From assembly GCA_034432095.1 (NCBI GenBank), contig DAOUCV010000026.1:24657-88656 (forward strand): a stretch of 64,000 nt of DNA. The letters run 5' to 3'. Every line of letters begins with the position of its first letter. Position 1 is the first letter of the stretch. The translations under genes were made by a program, and so were the position numbers. The notes below the pieces were generated by a model that worked only from the letters and a program-made list of their open reading frames with translations, was not told the origin of the DNA and made no database searches. This stretch comes from Dehalococcoidales bacterium (lineage in GTDB: Bacteria; Chloroflexota; Dehalococcoidia; Dehalococcoidales; UBA2162). Shown here one piece after another: positions 37,689 through 46,593 of this stretch.

Positions 37689-38283
37689 TCATTGCTCTAC
37701 ATCCAGTCCCCATATCCTGAACAACTCCTTGTAGAACTCAGGACGGGGGAAGTCAGGCCTCATCTCAAAGCTGGAATAGGTATATCCGGCACCCCTCTTT
37801 CCCCATTGCCTGAGCTCCAAGATTAAGTCTTCTATCTTATCTTTAGGCACGGAGAAAATGAGTTCGTCCTCTCCTGGCATTGCCCGCTGCTGCTCGCCGG
37901 CACAGGGCAGGCTAATCCGGTACCGGCCTGTTAACATTACATCCACAACGGCGTAAACGCACGAGTTTATCGGGTCCAATTGAGAGCTCACCAGGATGCC
38001 CTCTCTATTCGGTCGCCTCGGGCTCCACCAGCCCGAAGCTGATTAACGGGGCCCAGCACCAGTTGTCCTCTTTCAGCATGGCTACAGTAATTCTCTGCCG
38101 ACGCGACATGGCGAAAGCCTGACATTGCGAAAGATGAAAGCCACGGTCTCGCCGTGGTCTGAAGGCGTCTTTGGGGGGTTCCTCTTTCTTCTCAAGCATC
38201 TTCACCGCTAGGGGGGAAGTCCTCAATAGCAGTAACTTCTCAAGGTCTTCTCCATATTGATTGTAATCGCTGATTGTTATCAT
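37689..38283 (-). pseudogene. DUF169-like gene split into two ORFs (92 aa N-part, 100 aa C-part) by a frame change, apparently missing the middle section
   Basis: N-part: LRTSPLAVKMLEKKEEPP...LSQCQAFAMSRR. C-part: ISLPCAGEQQRAMPGEDELIFSVP. Together these resemble the ends of DUF169 proteins. The stop is at 38005-38007, and the next ORF is in the +1 frame from 37991. Confidence 0.4.
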
Positions 38284-38384
38284 ATAGACTTACCCCCGCT
38301 ATGAGGCAATAATGCGCCTTGTGCCGACAAGCTTCAGGTAATTGTTGAGGTACTGTGGGATATAGCCTGCCCCATATTAAAGAG

Positions 38385-38777
38385 CTACTTTTTCACAAAC
38401 TTCGCCACTCTAGCTAGCAGCTCTTCAGGGCTAACTGGCTTTTCAATGTAATCTTCAGCGTCGAGGGTAAACCCGCGGCTAACTGGGATCCCTGTCCCCG
38501 CACGCTTAGCTGAAAAACCCGTTAACATGAGGGTCGGGATTTTACTGAGTTGAGGGTCTTTTTTGAGCTGTTCAGCAGCCGTGAACCCATTTTTGACTGG
38601 CATTATCACATCCAAGAGAATCAAATCAGGTTTTTCCTCTCTTGCTTTCCGTAATGCCTCATCACCTTCACGGGCGACTATTACCTCATAAGCCTTACTC
38701 TCTAGGATAGTTTTGGTTGACTCCACAAAGTCCATATCATCGTCAACAAGCAAAATTCTGGTTTTCTTCTGCTTCAT
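38385..38777 (-). CDS. single-domain response regulator (CheY-like receiver only)
   Basis: LLVDDD, phospho-acceptor LILLDVIMP, LMLTG, EKP. No output domain. GAGGAG RBS before ATG 38777. Confidence 0.9.
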   Translation of the reverse strand: MKQKKTRILLVDDDMDFVESTKTILESKAYEVIVAREGDEALRKAREEKPDLILLDVIMPVKNGFTAAEQLKKDPQLSKIPTLMLTGFSAKRAGTGIPVSRGFTLDAEDYIEKPVSPEELLARVAKFVKK

Positions 38778-38813
38778 TGTTTCTCTCCTCAAGTATTGAG
38801 CCTATGGCCCAGG

Positions 38814-39215
38814 TCAGACCTTCTGTCTCTTTTTGATAAGCTTGCCCACCCTCTCCAGCAGAACATCAGGGGAAACAGGCTTCTCAACATAATCATCGAC
38901 ATCGAGCTCGAGACCGGTCTCCAGCTCGTAGCGACGGCGACTAGCCTCCTCCCTTACTGAGGTTAGAATTAGAATGGGTATATCCTTGAACTTTGCCCAT
39001 CTTGGGTCTTGCAACTCTTTACATACCCCAAACCCATCCAGCTTTGGCATCAACAGGTCGAGGATCATCAGGTCAGGTTTTTCCGCTTTGAGGGTAGCTA
39101 AACCTTCTATCCCGTCTCGGGCGGTAACCACCTGATAGCCCTGAGTTTCCAGAATCATACTTACCGCATCTAAGATGTCCGGGTCGTCATCAACTACCAA
39201 TATCTTCGCTGGCAT
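38814..39215 (-). CDS. single-domain response regulator (CheY-like receiver only)
   Basis: LVVDDD, LMILDLLMP, LILTS, EKP. 133 aa with no output domain. Confidence 0.9.
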   Translation of the reverse strand: MPAKILVVDDDPDILDAVSMILETQGYQVVTARDGIEGLATLKAEKPDLMILDLLMPKLDGFGVCKELQDPRWAKFKDIPILILTSVREEASRRRYELETGLELDVDDYVEKPVSPDVLLERVGKLIKKRQKV

Positions 39216-39232
39216 ATTATCCTCCTCTGCAA

Positions 39233-40150
39233 TTATAATACAGGTCTGGGCAATAATCCAGCCTGCTTTACAATTTCCGGGACGATGTCCTCCCAGCCGA
39301 CTGCCATAATATGGATGCCGTGCACTCCGGGTATTTCCTTGAGTTGCTCAATAATCTCAAGAGCGATTTTCACTCCCTCCTCTTTGGCATTCCTCGCCTC
39401 TTCCATTCTGGTGACTATCTCATCGGGGACACTGACTCCGGAAACATAGTCGCGCATATAGCGAGCCATACCTGCTGACCTGATGGGTATTACTCCAGCT
39501 AGAATATGTACCTGCTTGTCCAGACCTTTATCGGTAACCATCGCCATCCATCTGGCGAACTTGGCTACATCATAGACTGCCTGGGTTTGAATAAAGTCAG
39601 CTCCTGCTTTTATCTTCTTAGCCAGTCTCGTTACTCGGAACTCAAAGGGGTCAGCATAGGGATTCTCCGCAGCGCCAATGAATAGCGGGACTTCTCCAGA
39701 GATATCCTCGCCGCAGAGAAGTTTCTTCTCATCCCGCATTTTCTTCAGGGTTTGAATTAACTGGATGGAGTCAATATCAAAGACATTCTTGGCTGTGGGG
39801 TGATTGCCAAACTTTTGATGGTCGCCGCTAAGGCAGAGGATATTGCCGATGCCCAGAGCTACCGCCCCCAGTACATCGCTTTGAATGGCGATTCTGTTGC
39901 GGTCTCGGCAGACGATCTGCATAACTGGGTCAACCCCCTGTTGCTTTAGAAGGAGACAACCGGCGAAGCTGGACATACGAACGATGGCGGTCTGATTATC
40001 AGTTACATTGACGGCATCGCAACAGTTACGGAGTAGTTCACCCCTCCTCAGCATCACCGTAGCGCTAGTCCCCTTGGGTGGACCTGCCTCAGCAGTAACG
40101 GCGAACCCCCCACTTTCCAGGACCTTCTCCAGATTTGTTCCTGCTTTCAT
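39233..40150 (-). CDS. metF: methylenetetrahydrofolate reductase, acetogen-type MetF
   Basis: 305 aa MTHFR TIM-barrel (FAVTAEAGPPKG, NVTDN, FIGAAENP, GADFIQTQ). Its ATG overlaps the histidine kinase stop (ATGA). Confidence 0.9.
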   Translation of the reverse strand: MKAGTNLEKVLESGGFAVTAEAGPPKGTSATVMLRRGELLRNCCDAVNVTDNQTAIVRMSSFAGCLLLKQQGVDPVMQIVCRDRNRIAIQSDVLGAVALGIGNILCLSGDHQKFGNHPTAKNVFDIDSIQLIQTLKKMRDEKKLLCGEDISGEVPLFIGAAENPYADPFEFRVTRLAKKIKAGADFIQTQAVYDVAKFARWMAMVTDKGLDKQVHILAGVIPIRSAGMARYMRDYVSGVSVPDEIVTRMEEARNAKEEGVKIALEIIEQLKEIPGVHGIHIMAVGWEDIVPEIVKQAGLLPRPVL

Positions 40151-41622
40151 TGTTGTTGCCTCCGTTCTATTTCACACTTAGGTAAGCGGAAGGAAAATTT
40201 GCTGCCTACGTTATTCTCGGGGCAAGGGGACTCAACCCATATCGTCCCTCCATGTGCCTCTATAATCCTCCTGGCTATGGATAGCCCTAAGCCTGTGCCC
40301 TTCGTTTCCACATTACTGGCACGGAAAAAGTCTTCAAAGATGTGGGGCAGGTCCTGGGGAGGGATGCCAATCCCGGTATCGATGACTTCAACCCGTATGT
40401 CCCTGTCTTCTTCCTCCACTCTGACCGTTATTGTGCCCTCAGGGGTGTAGGTAATAGCATTGCTCACCAGATTGGTTATCACCTGCTGGAGACGAGGGGC
40501 TGAGCCACGAATATTAGGGACTGACCCGGGCAACTCCACCTTGAGCTTTAGTCCCTTTTCCTTTGCCCGGTCACGCAGGTCGTCGCACCCGGTCTTGACC
40601 ACCTGGCACAGGGAGATCTCCTTCATCTCTTCAACAAGCTGCCCGGTTTCAATGCGGGGGATATCGAGAAGGTCGCTGATTAGACTCAGGAGTTCATTAA
40701 TCCTTCTGGTGCTCCTTTCCAGCATATTCTTCTGTTTGGCAGTGATTTCCCCGGCATATCCACCCAGCATAACCCACAGGAAACCTTGGATAGCCGTAAG
40801 CGGGGCTTTAAGGTCATGAGCGGCAATGCCCAGGAAGCGGAGGAAGCGACTTTTCTCTTCTTCAAGCTTGGCTATCTCCCTTGAAGCTTGCTCTAATTCT
40901 CCCGTTTTCTCTCGAAGCAGGTACTCTCTTAATTGAACTACTTCTCTCTGTCTCTTCCTCAGCTCTCCTGAGATAGCTGTGGTCATATACGTGGTAGCAT
41001 AAAGAATAACCACTAAAGCGGTAAGAACCGATAAGATATAACCCCCCTCTTTATACAGTGTCGGAGGAGCAAAGCCTACTAGATTGACATGGGCTATCAC
41101 TCCGGCATATTCCAGCCCTACCAGCAAAGTTATCATTAGCGTTGCTACAGTTGCTAGCAGATATACCGTCCGGTAAGGCTGGATTATGCTGGCAATGATA
41201 ATGTGGAATACGAAGAAGAAGATAAATGGGTTTTCTATTCCGCCGGTAAAGTGAAGAATTGCGGTGAGGGCCAATAGGTCGAAGATGGTGTTGATGTAGC
41301 CATAGGTTCGGGATTTCTGGATTATCATGCCGGGCTTCTCAGTTCGGAGTCTTCGCACCTGGTAAATTAGAATCAGGTTATACCCGGCCAATATGACACA
41401 GATAATATAGACCGGGAGGGTGGGGAACCCAATATGGAAAACCTTTGACGCTAACAAGGTAGCAACAATCACCCCGAGAATAGCCAGCCATTTCAGGCGA
41501 ATGAGAATCCTTCGCCGCATTAATAATGCGGCTTCCTCGGGGGTGTATTCGTGTTTCCCCTCCTCCTTCCCCCCATCCAGCAGGTAAGCCAGGGATTGCA
41601 GGGACTTGTTCCACCGCCTCAT
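40147..41622 (-). CDS. membrane-bound sensor histidine kinase
   Basis: About 6 N-terminal TM helices, coiled coil, H-box GIAAHDLKAPL, N-box LVSNAITYT, G-boxes DTGIGI and GTGLGLSIARR. ATG 41622 is preferred because it avoids overlap with metV. Confidence 0.9.
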   Translation of the reverse strand: MRRWNKSLQSLAYLLDGGKEEGKHEYTPEEAALLMRRRILIRLKWLAILGVIVATLLASKVFHIGFPTLPVYIICVILAGYNLILIYQVRRLRTEKPGMIIQKSRTYGYINTIFDLLALTAILHFTGGIENPFIFFFVFHIIIASIIQPYRTVYLLATVATLMITLLVGLEYAGVIAHVNLVGFAPPTLYKEGGYILSVLTALVVILYATTYMTTAISGELRKRQREVVQLREYLLREKTGELEQASREIAKLEEEKSRFLRFLGIAAHDLKAPLTAIQGFLWVMLGGYAGEITAKQKNMLERSTRRINELLSLISDLLDIPRIETGQLVEEMKEISLCQVVKTGCDDLRDRAKEKGLKLKVELPGSVPNIRGSAPRLQQVITNLVSNAITYTPEGTITVRVEEEDRDIRVEVIDTGIGIPPQDLPHIFEDFFRASNVETKGTGLGLSIARRIIEAHGGTIWVESPCPENNVGSKFSFRLPKCEIERRQQQ

Positions 41623-41627
41623 TATTA

Positions 41628-42287
41628 TTACCCCTCTAAAGCAATCTTTCTGGGTCCCCCGGCGTGGCTGGTGCTCCAATCGCGGGGTGGGGCGATTTCC
41701 TCCAGCCGGTCCAGCTGCCCCAGAGTTTCCAGGCGCTCAATTATCATCTGCCAGGCGCAGGGGATGTCTGGTGATAGTTCGCACCTGCCCTTTACCGAAC
41801 CACCGCAGGGCCCGTTAAGCAGGCTCTTAGCACATCTGACCAGGGGGCATATACCCGCCGTCTGTGCCAGGACGCAACTACCGCACTGGGCACAAACCTC
41901 GATAAAATAACCCGGACTCTCCTCCTTACCAACAAACAAGGTGTTCAGTGCCGGATAAACAGGCTTGGGCTTCCCCAAATAGAGGGAAACAGTTTGTACT
42001 CCAAAGGCACAGGTGAGCACCAGGATACAATCGGCAGCATCAATATCATTAGCATTCTCCTGCAAAGCTTCCCGTGTGAGCTCGTCACAGGCGGTGGGGA
42101 TGACCATCCATCCGGTCACTTTCTTGCCGGCTTCCTCAAGCTTGGCTTTCATTTCCAGAACCTCGGATTTACCACCAGTTCGGCACAGAGTAGCACAGGT
42201 ACCACACCCGATAAGGTAAACCCCCTGGCATTTACCCAGTAATTGCGTAACCTCTTCCCAGGGTTTTTGCTGGGTTATTGTCTTCAT
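41628..42287 (-). CDS. metV: MetV (methylene-THF reductase C-terminal-domain / zinc-ribbon Fe-S subunit)
   Basis: 219 aa. Hallmark motifs CPLVRCAKSLLNGPCGG and CAQCGSC. Its ATG overlaps the NuoF-like stop (ATGA). Confidence 0.85.
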   Translation of the reverse strand: MKTITQQKPWEEVTQLLGKCQGVYLIGCGTCATLCRTGGKSEVLEMKAKLEEAGKKVTGWMVIPTACDELTREALQENANDIDAADCILVLTCAFGVQTVSLYLGKPKPVYPALNTLFVGKEESPGYFIEVCAQCGSCVLAQTAGICPLVRCAKSLLNGPCGGSVKGRCELSPDIPCAWQMIIERLETLGQLDRLEEIAPPRDWSTSHAGGPRKIALEG

Positions 42288-43504
42288 ATCACTGCTCCTG
42301 CCTTAATGTCTTTTCTTAGCCGGTCATCATAGGCGCTTCTAAAATACCGAAGGCTGTCCATTACCGGATTGGGCACTGCCTGTCCCAAACTACATAGGGA
42401 AGCAAGCCTCATAACCTTGGACAATTCCTGTAGGTTCTTAATGTCTTTCTCTGTCCCCTCCTCACCGGAGAACTTCTTCAAGATTTCAAGCATTACCTGG
42501 GTTCCCTCCCGGCACGGAGTACATTTACCGCAGGATTCCCGGCTAAGAAACTCCAGTGTCTGGTAGACAATGTCTATTATACCTTTGGTTTCATCAAATA
42601 CGCTAACTGCTCCAGCCCCAAGAACAGCCTCAAAGGCGAGGGGAGTATCTATCATTTCATAGGGTATAATCCTTCCAATAGCGCCGCCTACCTGAACTGC
42701 CTTGACCTTTTCCGCTAGGGCTAGTCCTTCGACTAGTTCCCTCAGTGGACTCCCTAAGACTAGTTCATATACGCCGGGCTTCTTCACATCCCCGCTCACC
42801 CAGAAGACCTTGGTGCCTTTGCTCTTTTGTGTGCCCAACTGTCTGAACCATCGGGCGCCGTTAAGGATTATTTGGGGTATATTCATCAGGGTTTCTACAT
42901 TATGGACAATAGAGGGTTCCCTCCATAAGCTTTTAGCTGTGGTAAATGGGGGTCTATAGCCGACCTCTATGCGCTTACCCTCAATGGAATCCATAATTGC
43001 TGATTCATCACCAGTAACATAGGGAGCCGACCCCTGGCGAAGACCAATTTCAAAGTCTGCCAGAAGACCCTTCTCTTTGGCTTGCTGAAAAGCATTGGTC
43101 AAGAGAGGAATAAGATGACGATATTCAGTAGACAGATAGATATAGCCCTTATTTGAGCCTGTAGCATAGCCGGCAATAGCCATCGCTTCAATCAGAGTGA
43201 AGGGGTCTCTCTCCAGAATATACTTATCCTTAGATGTTCCAACCTCTCTCCCATCGGCATAGGCGATAACATACTTCTTATTCTCTTGAGCCTTTCTCAC
43301 CTCTTCCCACCTCAATCCGCAGAGAGAACCATCCCCTCCCCGCTCCTGCAAGCCCGATGCCTTTACTTCCCCCAGTACTTCTTCCGGGGTCATCTCTTCT
43401 CTAGCTTTTTTCAAAGCCTTGAAACCGTCTCTATCCAAATAGGTGGCTATGCGCTTGGGGTCAATTACCTCGCAATTTCGTAACACAATTCGCTTCTCTG
43501 GCAT
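42284..43504 (-). CDS. NuoF-like iron-sulfur protein with degenerate FMN/NADH-binding motifs
   Basis: 406 aa, collinear with the core of 10164-12086. RGGDGSLCGLRW replaces GRGGAGFPTGQKW, YADGREVGTS replaces CNADEGDPGAF, and APYVTGDESAI replaces GAFVCGEETAL. ESCGKCTPCREG and LCSLGQ are retained. AAGGAGG RBS before ATG 43504. Confidence 0.8.
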   Translation of the reverse strand: MPEKRIVLRNCEVIDPKRIATYLDRDGFKALKKAREEMTPEEVLGEVKASGLQERGGDGSLCGLRWEEVRKAQENKKYVIAYADGREVGTSKDKYILERDPFTLIEAMAIAGYATGSNKGYIYLSTEYRHLIPLLTNAFQQAKEKGLLADFEIGLRQGSAPYVTGDESAIMDSIEGKRIEVGYRPPFTTAKSLWREPSIVHNVETLMNIPQIILNGARWFRQLGTQKSKGTKVFWVSGDVKKPGVYELVLGSPLRELVEGLALAEKVKAVQVGGAIGRIIPYEMIDTPLAFEAVLGAGAVSVFDETKGIIDIVYQTLEFLSRESCGKCTPCREGTQVMLEILKKFSGEEGTEKDIKNLQELSKVMRLASLCSLGQAVPNPVMDSLRYFRSAYDDRLRKDIKAGAVI

Positions 43505-43505
43505 G

Positions 43506-43751
43506 CTATAGCCTCCTTGCTGAACCTGAGCTTGGCGGCTTGGTCGAGAGGAAAGGGCAAAAGGTGGCAACGCTATATACCTGGCTGGGGAATAGCTTTA
43601 GCCTGTCAGCAATAGCCTCTATAGCTGGTGCAGGAATCCAGCCAAATTCAGCTTGGACCTCAGCCAACACTGAGATTAAGGCGCCTTCCTGTCCTTTATA
43701 ATTAGCCAGTATTTTATCCAGTTTGCTTAGCTCTATTTCCTCGGTTTTCAT
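43506..43751 (-). CDS. NuoE-like N-terminal helical domain only (no 2Fe-2S domain)
   Basis: 81 aa. Aligns to residues about 5-65 of the NuoE at 9703-10161 (ILANYKGQEGALISVLAEVQAEFGWIP...VYSVATF). It stops before any cluster cysteine, and the next gene starts 2 nt later. Confidence 0.65.
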   Translation of the reverse strand: MKTEEIELSKLDKILANYKGQEGALISVLAEVQAEFGWIPAPAIEAIADRLKLFPSQVYSVATFCPFLSTKPPSSGSARRL

Positions 43752-43752
43752 C

Positions 43753-46434
43753 CTAAGCTTTCTCTACCTTCACCGCGCATGCCTTTAGCTCGGGTATCTT
43801 GGCCACCGGGTCCAGCGCCGGATTAGTCAGTATATTGGCGGCCGCTTCTTTAAAATGGAAGGGCATAAATACTGTGCCCGGTAGCACCATCTCGGTTACC
43901 CTAGCCCTGGTTATCAACGAGCCGCGTCTGGATGTTATCTTGACCATGCTGCCATCCAACACTCGCAGGTTTTCAGCATCGTCAGGATTTATCTCAACAA
44001 AGCCTTCAGAACATATTTCATTAAGTCCCCTAACCCTTCTCGTCATTGTCCCGGTATGGAAGTGATATAAAACCCTCCCCGTGGTCAGTACCAGGGGGTA
44101 GTCCTTATCTGGCAGTTCGGCCGGGGGAATATATTCTACAGGGGTAAACTTGCCTCGACCCCTGATAAACCTGTCTTCGTGCAGAAACCTTGTCCCGGGA
44201 TGGTCTTGACCGGGGCATGGCCATTGTAATCCCCCATTTTCAAGTCGGTCGTAGCTTATGCCACCGTAGCTGGGCGTTAGCCGGGCAATTTCGTCCATAA
44301 TTTGCTTGGGTGATTCATAAGCCATGGGATAACCCATCCTGGTAGCTAGCTCGCTGATTATCTGCCAGTCAGGCTTTGCCTGCCCGATAGGCTCGATAGC
44401 CTTCCTCACCCTCTGGACACGCCTCTCGGTGTTGGTGAATGTCCCGTCCTTCTCGGCAAAGCTGACGGCGGGGAGTACTACATCAGCCAGTTTGGCGGTC
44501 TCACTCAAGAATATGTCCTGGACGACGAGAAAATCAAGCGATTCAAGGGCTTCTATGACATGAGTAATATCTGGGTCACTGAGTGCCGGGTTCTCTCCCA
44601 TAATATACATCCCTCTGACTTTTCCTTCTTTGGCGGCTTGGAGCATTTCCACTACCGAGAGTCCGGCTTTGTCAGGTAGTTTACTTCCCCATTCCTTCTC
44701 AAACTTTTCCCTAACTGAGGCAACATCCAGCCGTTGGTATCCCGGAAATACATTTGGCAAAGCCCCCATATCGCACGCTCCCTGGACATTGTTCTGACCT
44801 CTCAGAGGGTTGACCCCGGTGCCCTCTTTACCGACATTCCCGGTCAGCATCGCCAGATTGGCCAGACTAAGCACATTATCCGTACCGCTGGTATGCTGGG
44901 TAATCCCCATGGCGTAGATTATTGAAGCTCTCTCGGCTTGGGCATATAGCCTGGCTGCCTTACGGATATCAGAGGCTGGAACGCCGGTGACCCGTTCCGC
45001 ATACTCCGGGGTGTATTTCTGTATCCCTGCCTTCAGTTCCTCAAAGCCTTCGGTCCTTTGGCTGACAAACTCCTTGTCCCAGAGTTCTTCATTGATAATT
45101 ACATTTACCAAGCCATTGATAAGGGCGACATCGGTGCCTGGTCTTTGTCTCAGCCATATGTCGGCAAATTTGGTCAGTGTTATGGCTCGCGGGTCAGCGA
45201 TGATTAACTTTGCTCCCTTTAACTTGACCGCCCGTTTAATCCGATGGCTTATTATGGGATGTTCTTCGGTGGTGTTGGAGCCGATAACCAGAATGGCAAT
45301 GGCACTTTCTATTTCCTCTATAGAGTTGGTCATCGCTCCGCTACCGAAGGCTGTAGCCAGACCGGCTACGGTGGGGGCATGTCAGAGGCGGGCGCAATTA
45401 TCTATGTTATTGGTACCAATAACCGCCCGCATAAATTTTTGCATCAGGTAGTTTTCTTCATTGGTGCACTTGGATGAACTCAAGCCAGCGAGACTATCGC
45501 TACCATATTTCTGTTTGATTTCCTCCAGTTTATGAGCCACGAAATCCAGCGCTTCTTCCCAGGAGCTTTCCGTAAGCTCGCCATTTTTCCTGATTAATGG
45601 GGCTTTCAGCCGGTCAGGGTGATTGATAAAGTTGAGTCCATAGCGACCTTTGACACACAGGCGCCCCTGGTTAACCGGGTTTTCTCCATCAGGAGTCACG
45701 CTAATGACTTCTTGGTCTCGAACGTTAAGCTCAACTCCACAGCCGCAGCCACAATAAGGGCAGATGGTACGAACCTTTCTCGTCGTTTTCCACTTATACT
45801 TGGCCGGTCTATCTGATAACGCCCCCACAGGGCACATGGAGACGCAGAGCCCGCAAAATTCACAAGAGGATTTTTCCAAAGGCTGGTCAAGCAGGGTCGC
45901 CGGTTTGGACTGAAATCCCCGGTAGGCATAATCAATGGCACCTACAACTGACAGTTCCTGGCAGGCTCTTATGCATTTGCCACAAAGAATGCACTTGGTA
46001 AGGTCCCTCTCAATAAAGGGGTTGGTGTCTTCTATCGGGTAATAGCGTTTCTTAGCCCTGAATCGGGGGAGCCCTACCCCCAGGTCAGCCGCAATCTTGC
46101 GTAACTCGCACAGGTTCGCTTTGTCACATACCAGGCAGTTATCGGGGTGGCTGGCTAGCAACAGTTCCACTATTGCCCGCCGAGCTTCCACAACCTTTGG
46201 GGAATGAGTATATATAACCATTCCCTGGGCAATTGGCGTGTGGCAGGAGCCGACAAGCGTACCAGAGCCCTCCACCTCAACGACGCAAACACGACAGGCA
46301 CCGATAGGAGTCAAGACCGGACTATGGCAGAGGGTGGGAATATATATGCCGTTGTCCCGGGCAACCTCCAGAATGGTCATGCCCTCACGCCCGCTAACTT
46401 TGGAACCGTCAATCGTTATAGAGATATTGCCCAT
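43753..46434 (-). CDS. fdhA: formate dehydrogenase alpha subunit, selenocysteine-containing (in-frame UGA at 45384-45382)
   Basis: ORFs 45382-46446 and 43753-45333 share a frame. Their junction reads [27 protein letters not shown]-terminal 2Fe-2S/4Fe-4S clusters. Paralog of 12136-14889. ATG 46434 is preferred over TTG 46446. Confidence 0.9.
45333..45384 (-). other. selenocysteine UGA codon plus SECIS hairpin (second copy)
   Basis: TCA at 45382-45384 on the + strand is UGA on the - strand. The hairpin GUAGCC-GGUCU-GGCUAC lies at 45369-45353, 12 nt downstream of the UGA, and is identical to the first copy. Confidence 0.8.
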
Positions 46435-46446
46435 GTTATGGCTCAA

Positions 46447-46475
46447 TTATTACGCCATCCTCGGTCTGCCGTCAA
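46447..46475 (-). promoter_or_regulatory. promoter candidate TTGACG-17-TAATAA directly upstream of the fdhA start
   Basis: On the - strand: TTGACG (46475-46470), 17 nt spacer, TAATAA (46452-46447). The ATG at 46434 is only about 12 nt past the -10 and has no SD, suggesting a very short or absent leader. Confidence 0.35.
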
Positions 46476-46593
46476 GCCCCGCCTGAAGGAACTGGGTTAC
46501 CAAATGACCTCTGACCTTGATTTAGGGAAGAGCGATAGCGTATACTAATGTAAAAGTATCGGTCACAAATCAAAGATAAAGGAGGGGGCGTAA

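Noticed and set aside
43505-43570. Reading 42284-43570 as one long NuoF carrying a frameshifted remnant of the NuoE 2Fe-2S domain
   Set aside because: The 22 extra N-terminal residues (PPFALSSRPSRQAQVQQGGYS) contain no cluster cysteines. They overlap the NuoE-like ORF, and a strong AAGGAGG RBS precedes ATG 43504. There is no room for an ~80-aa domain.
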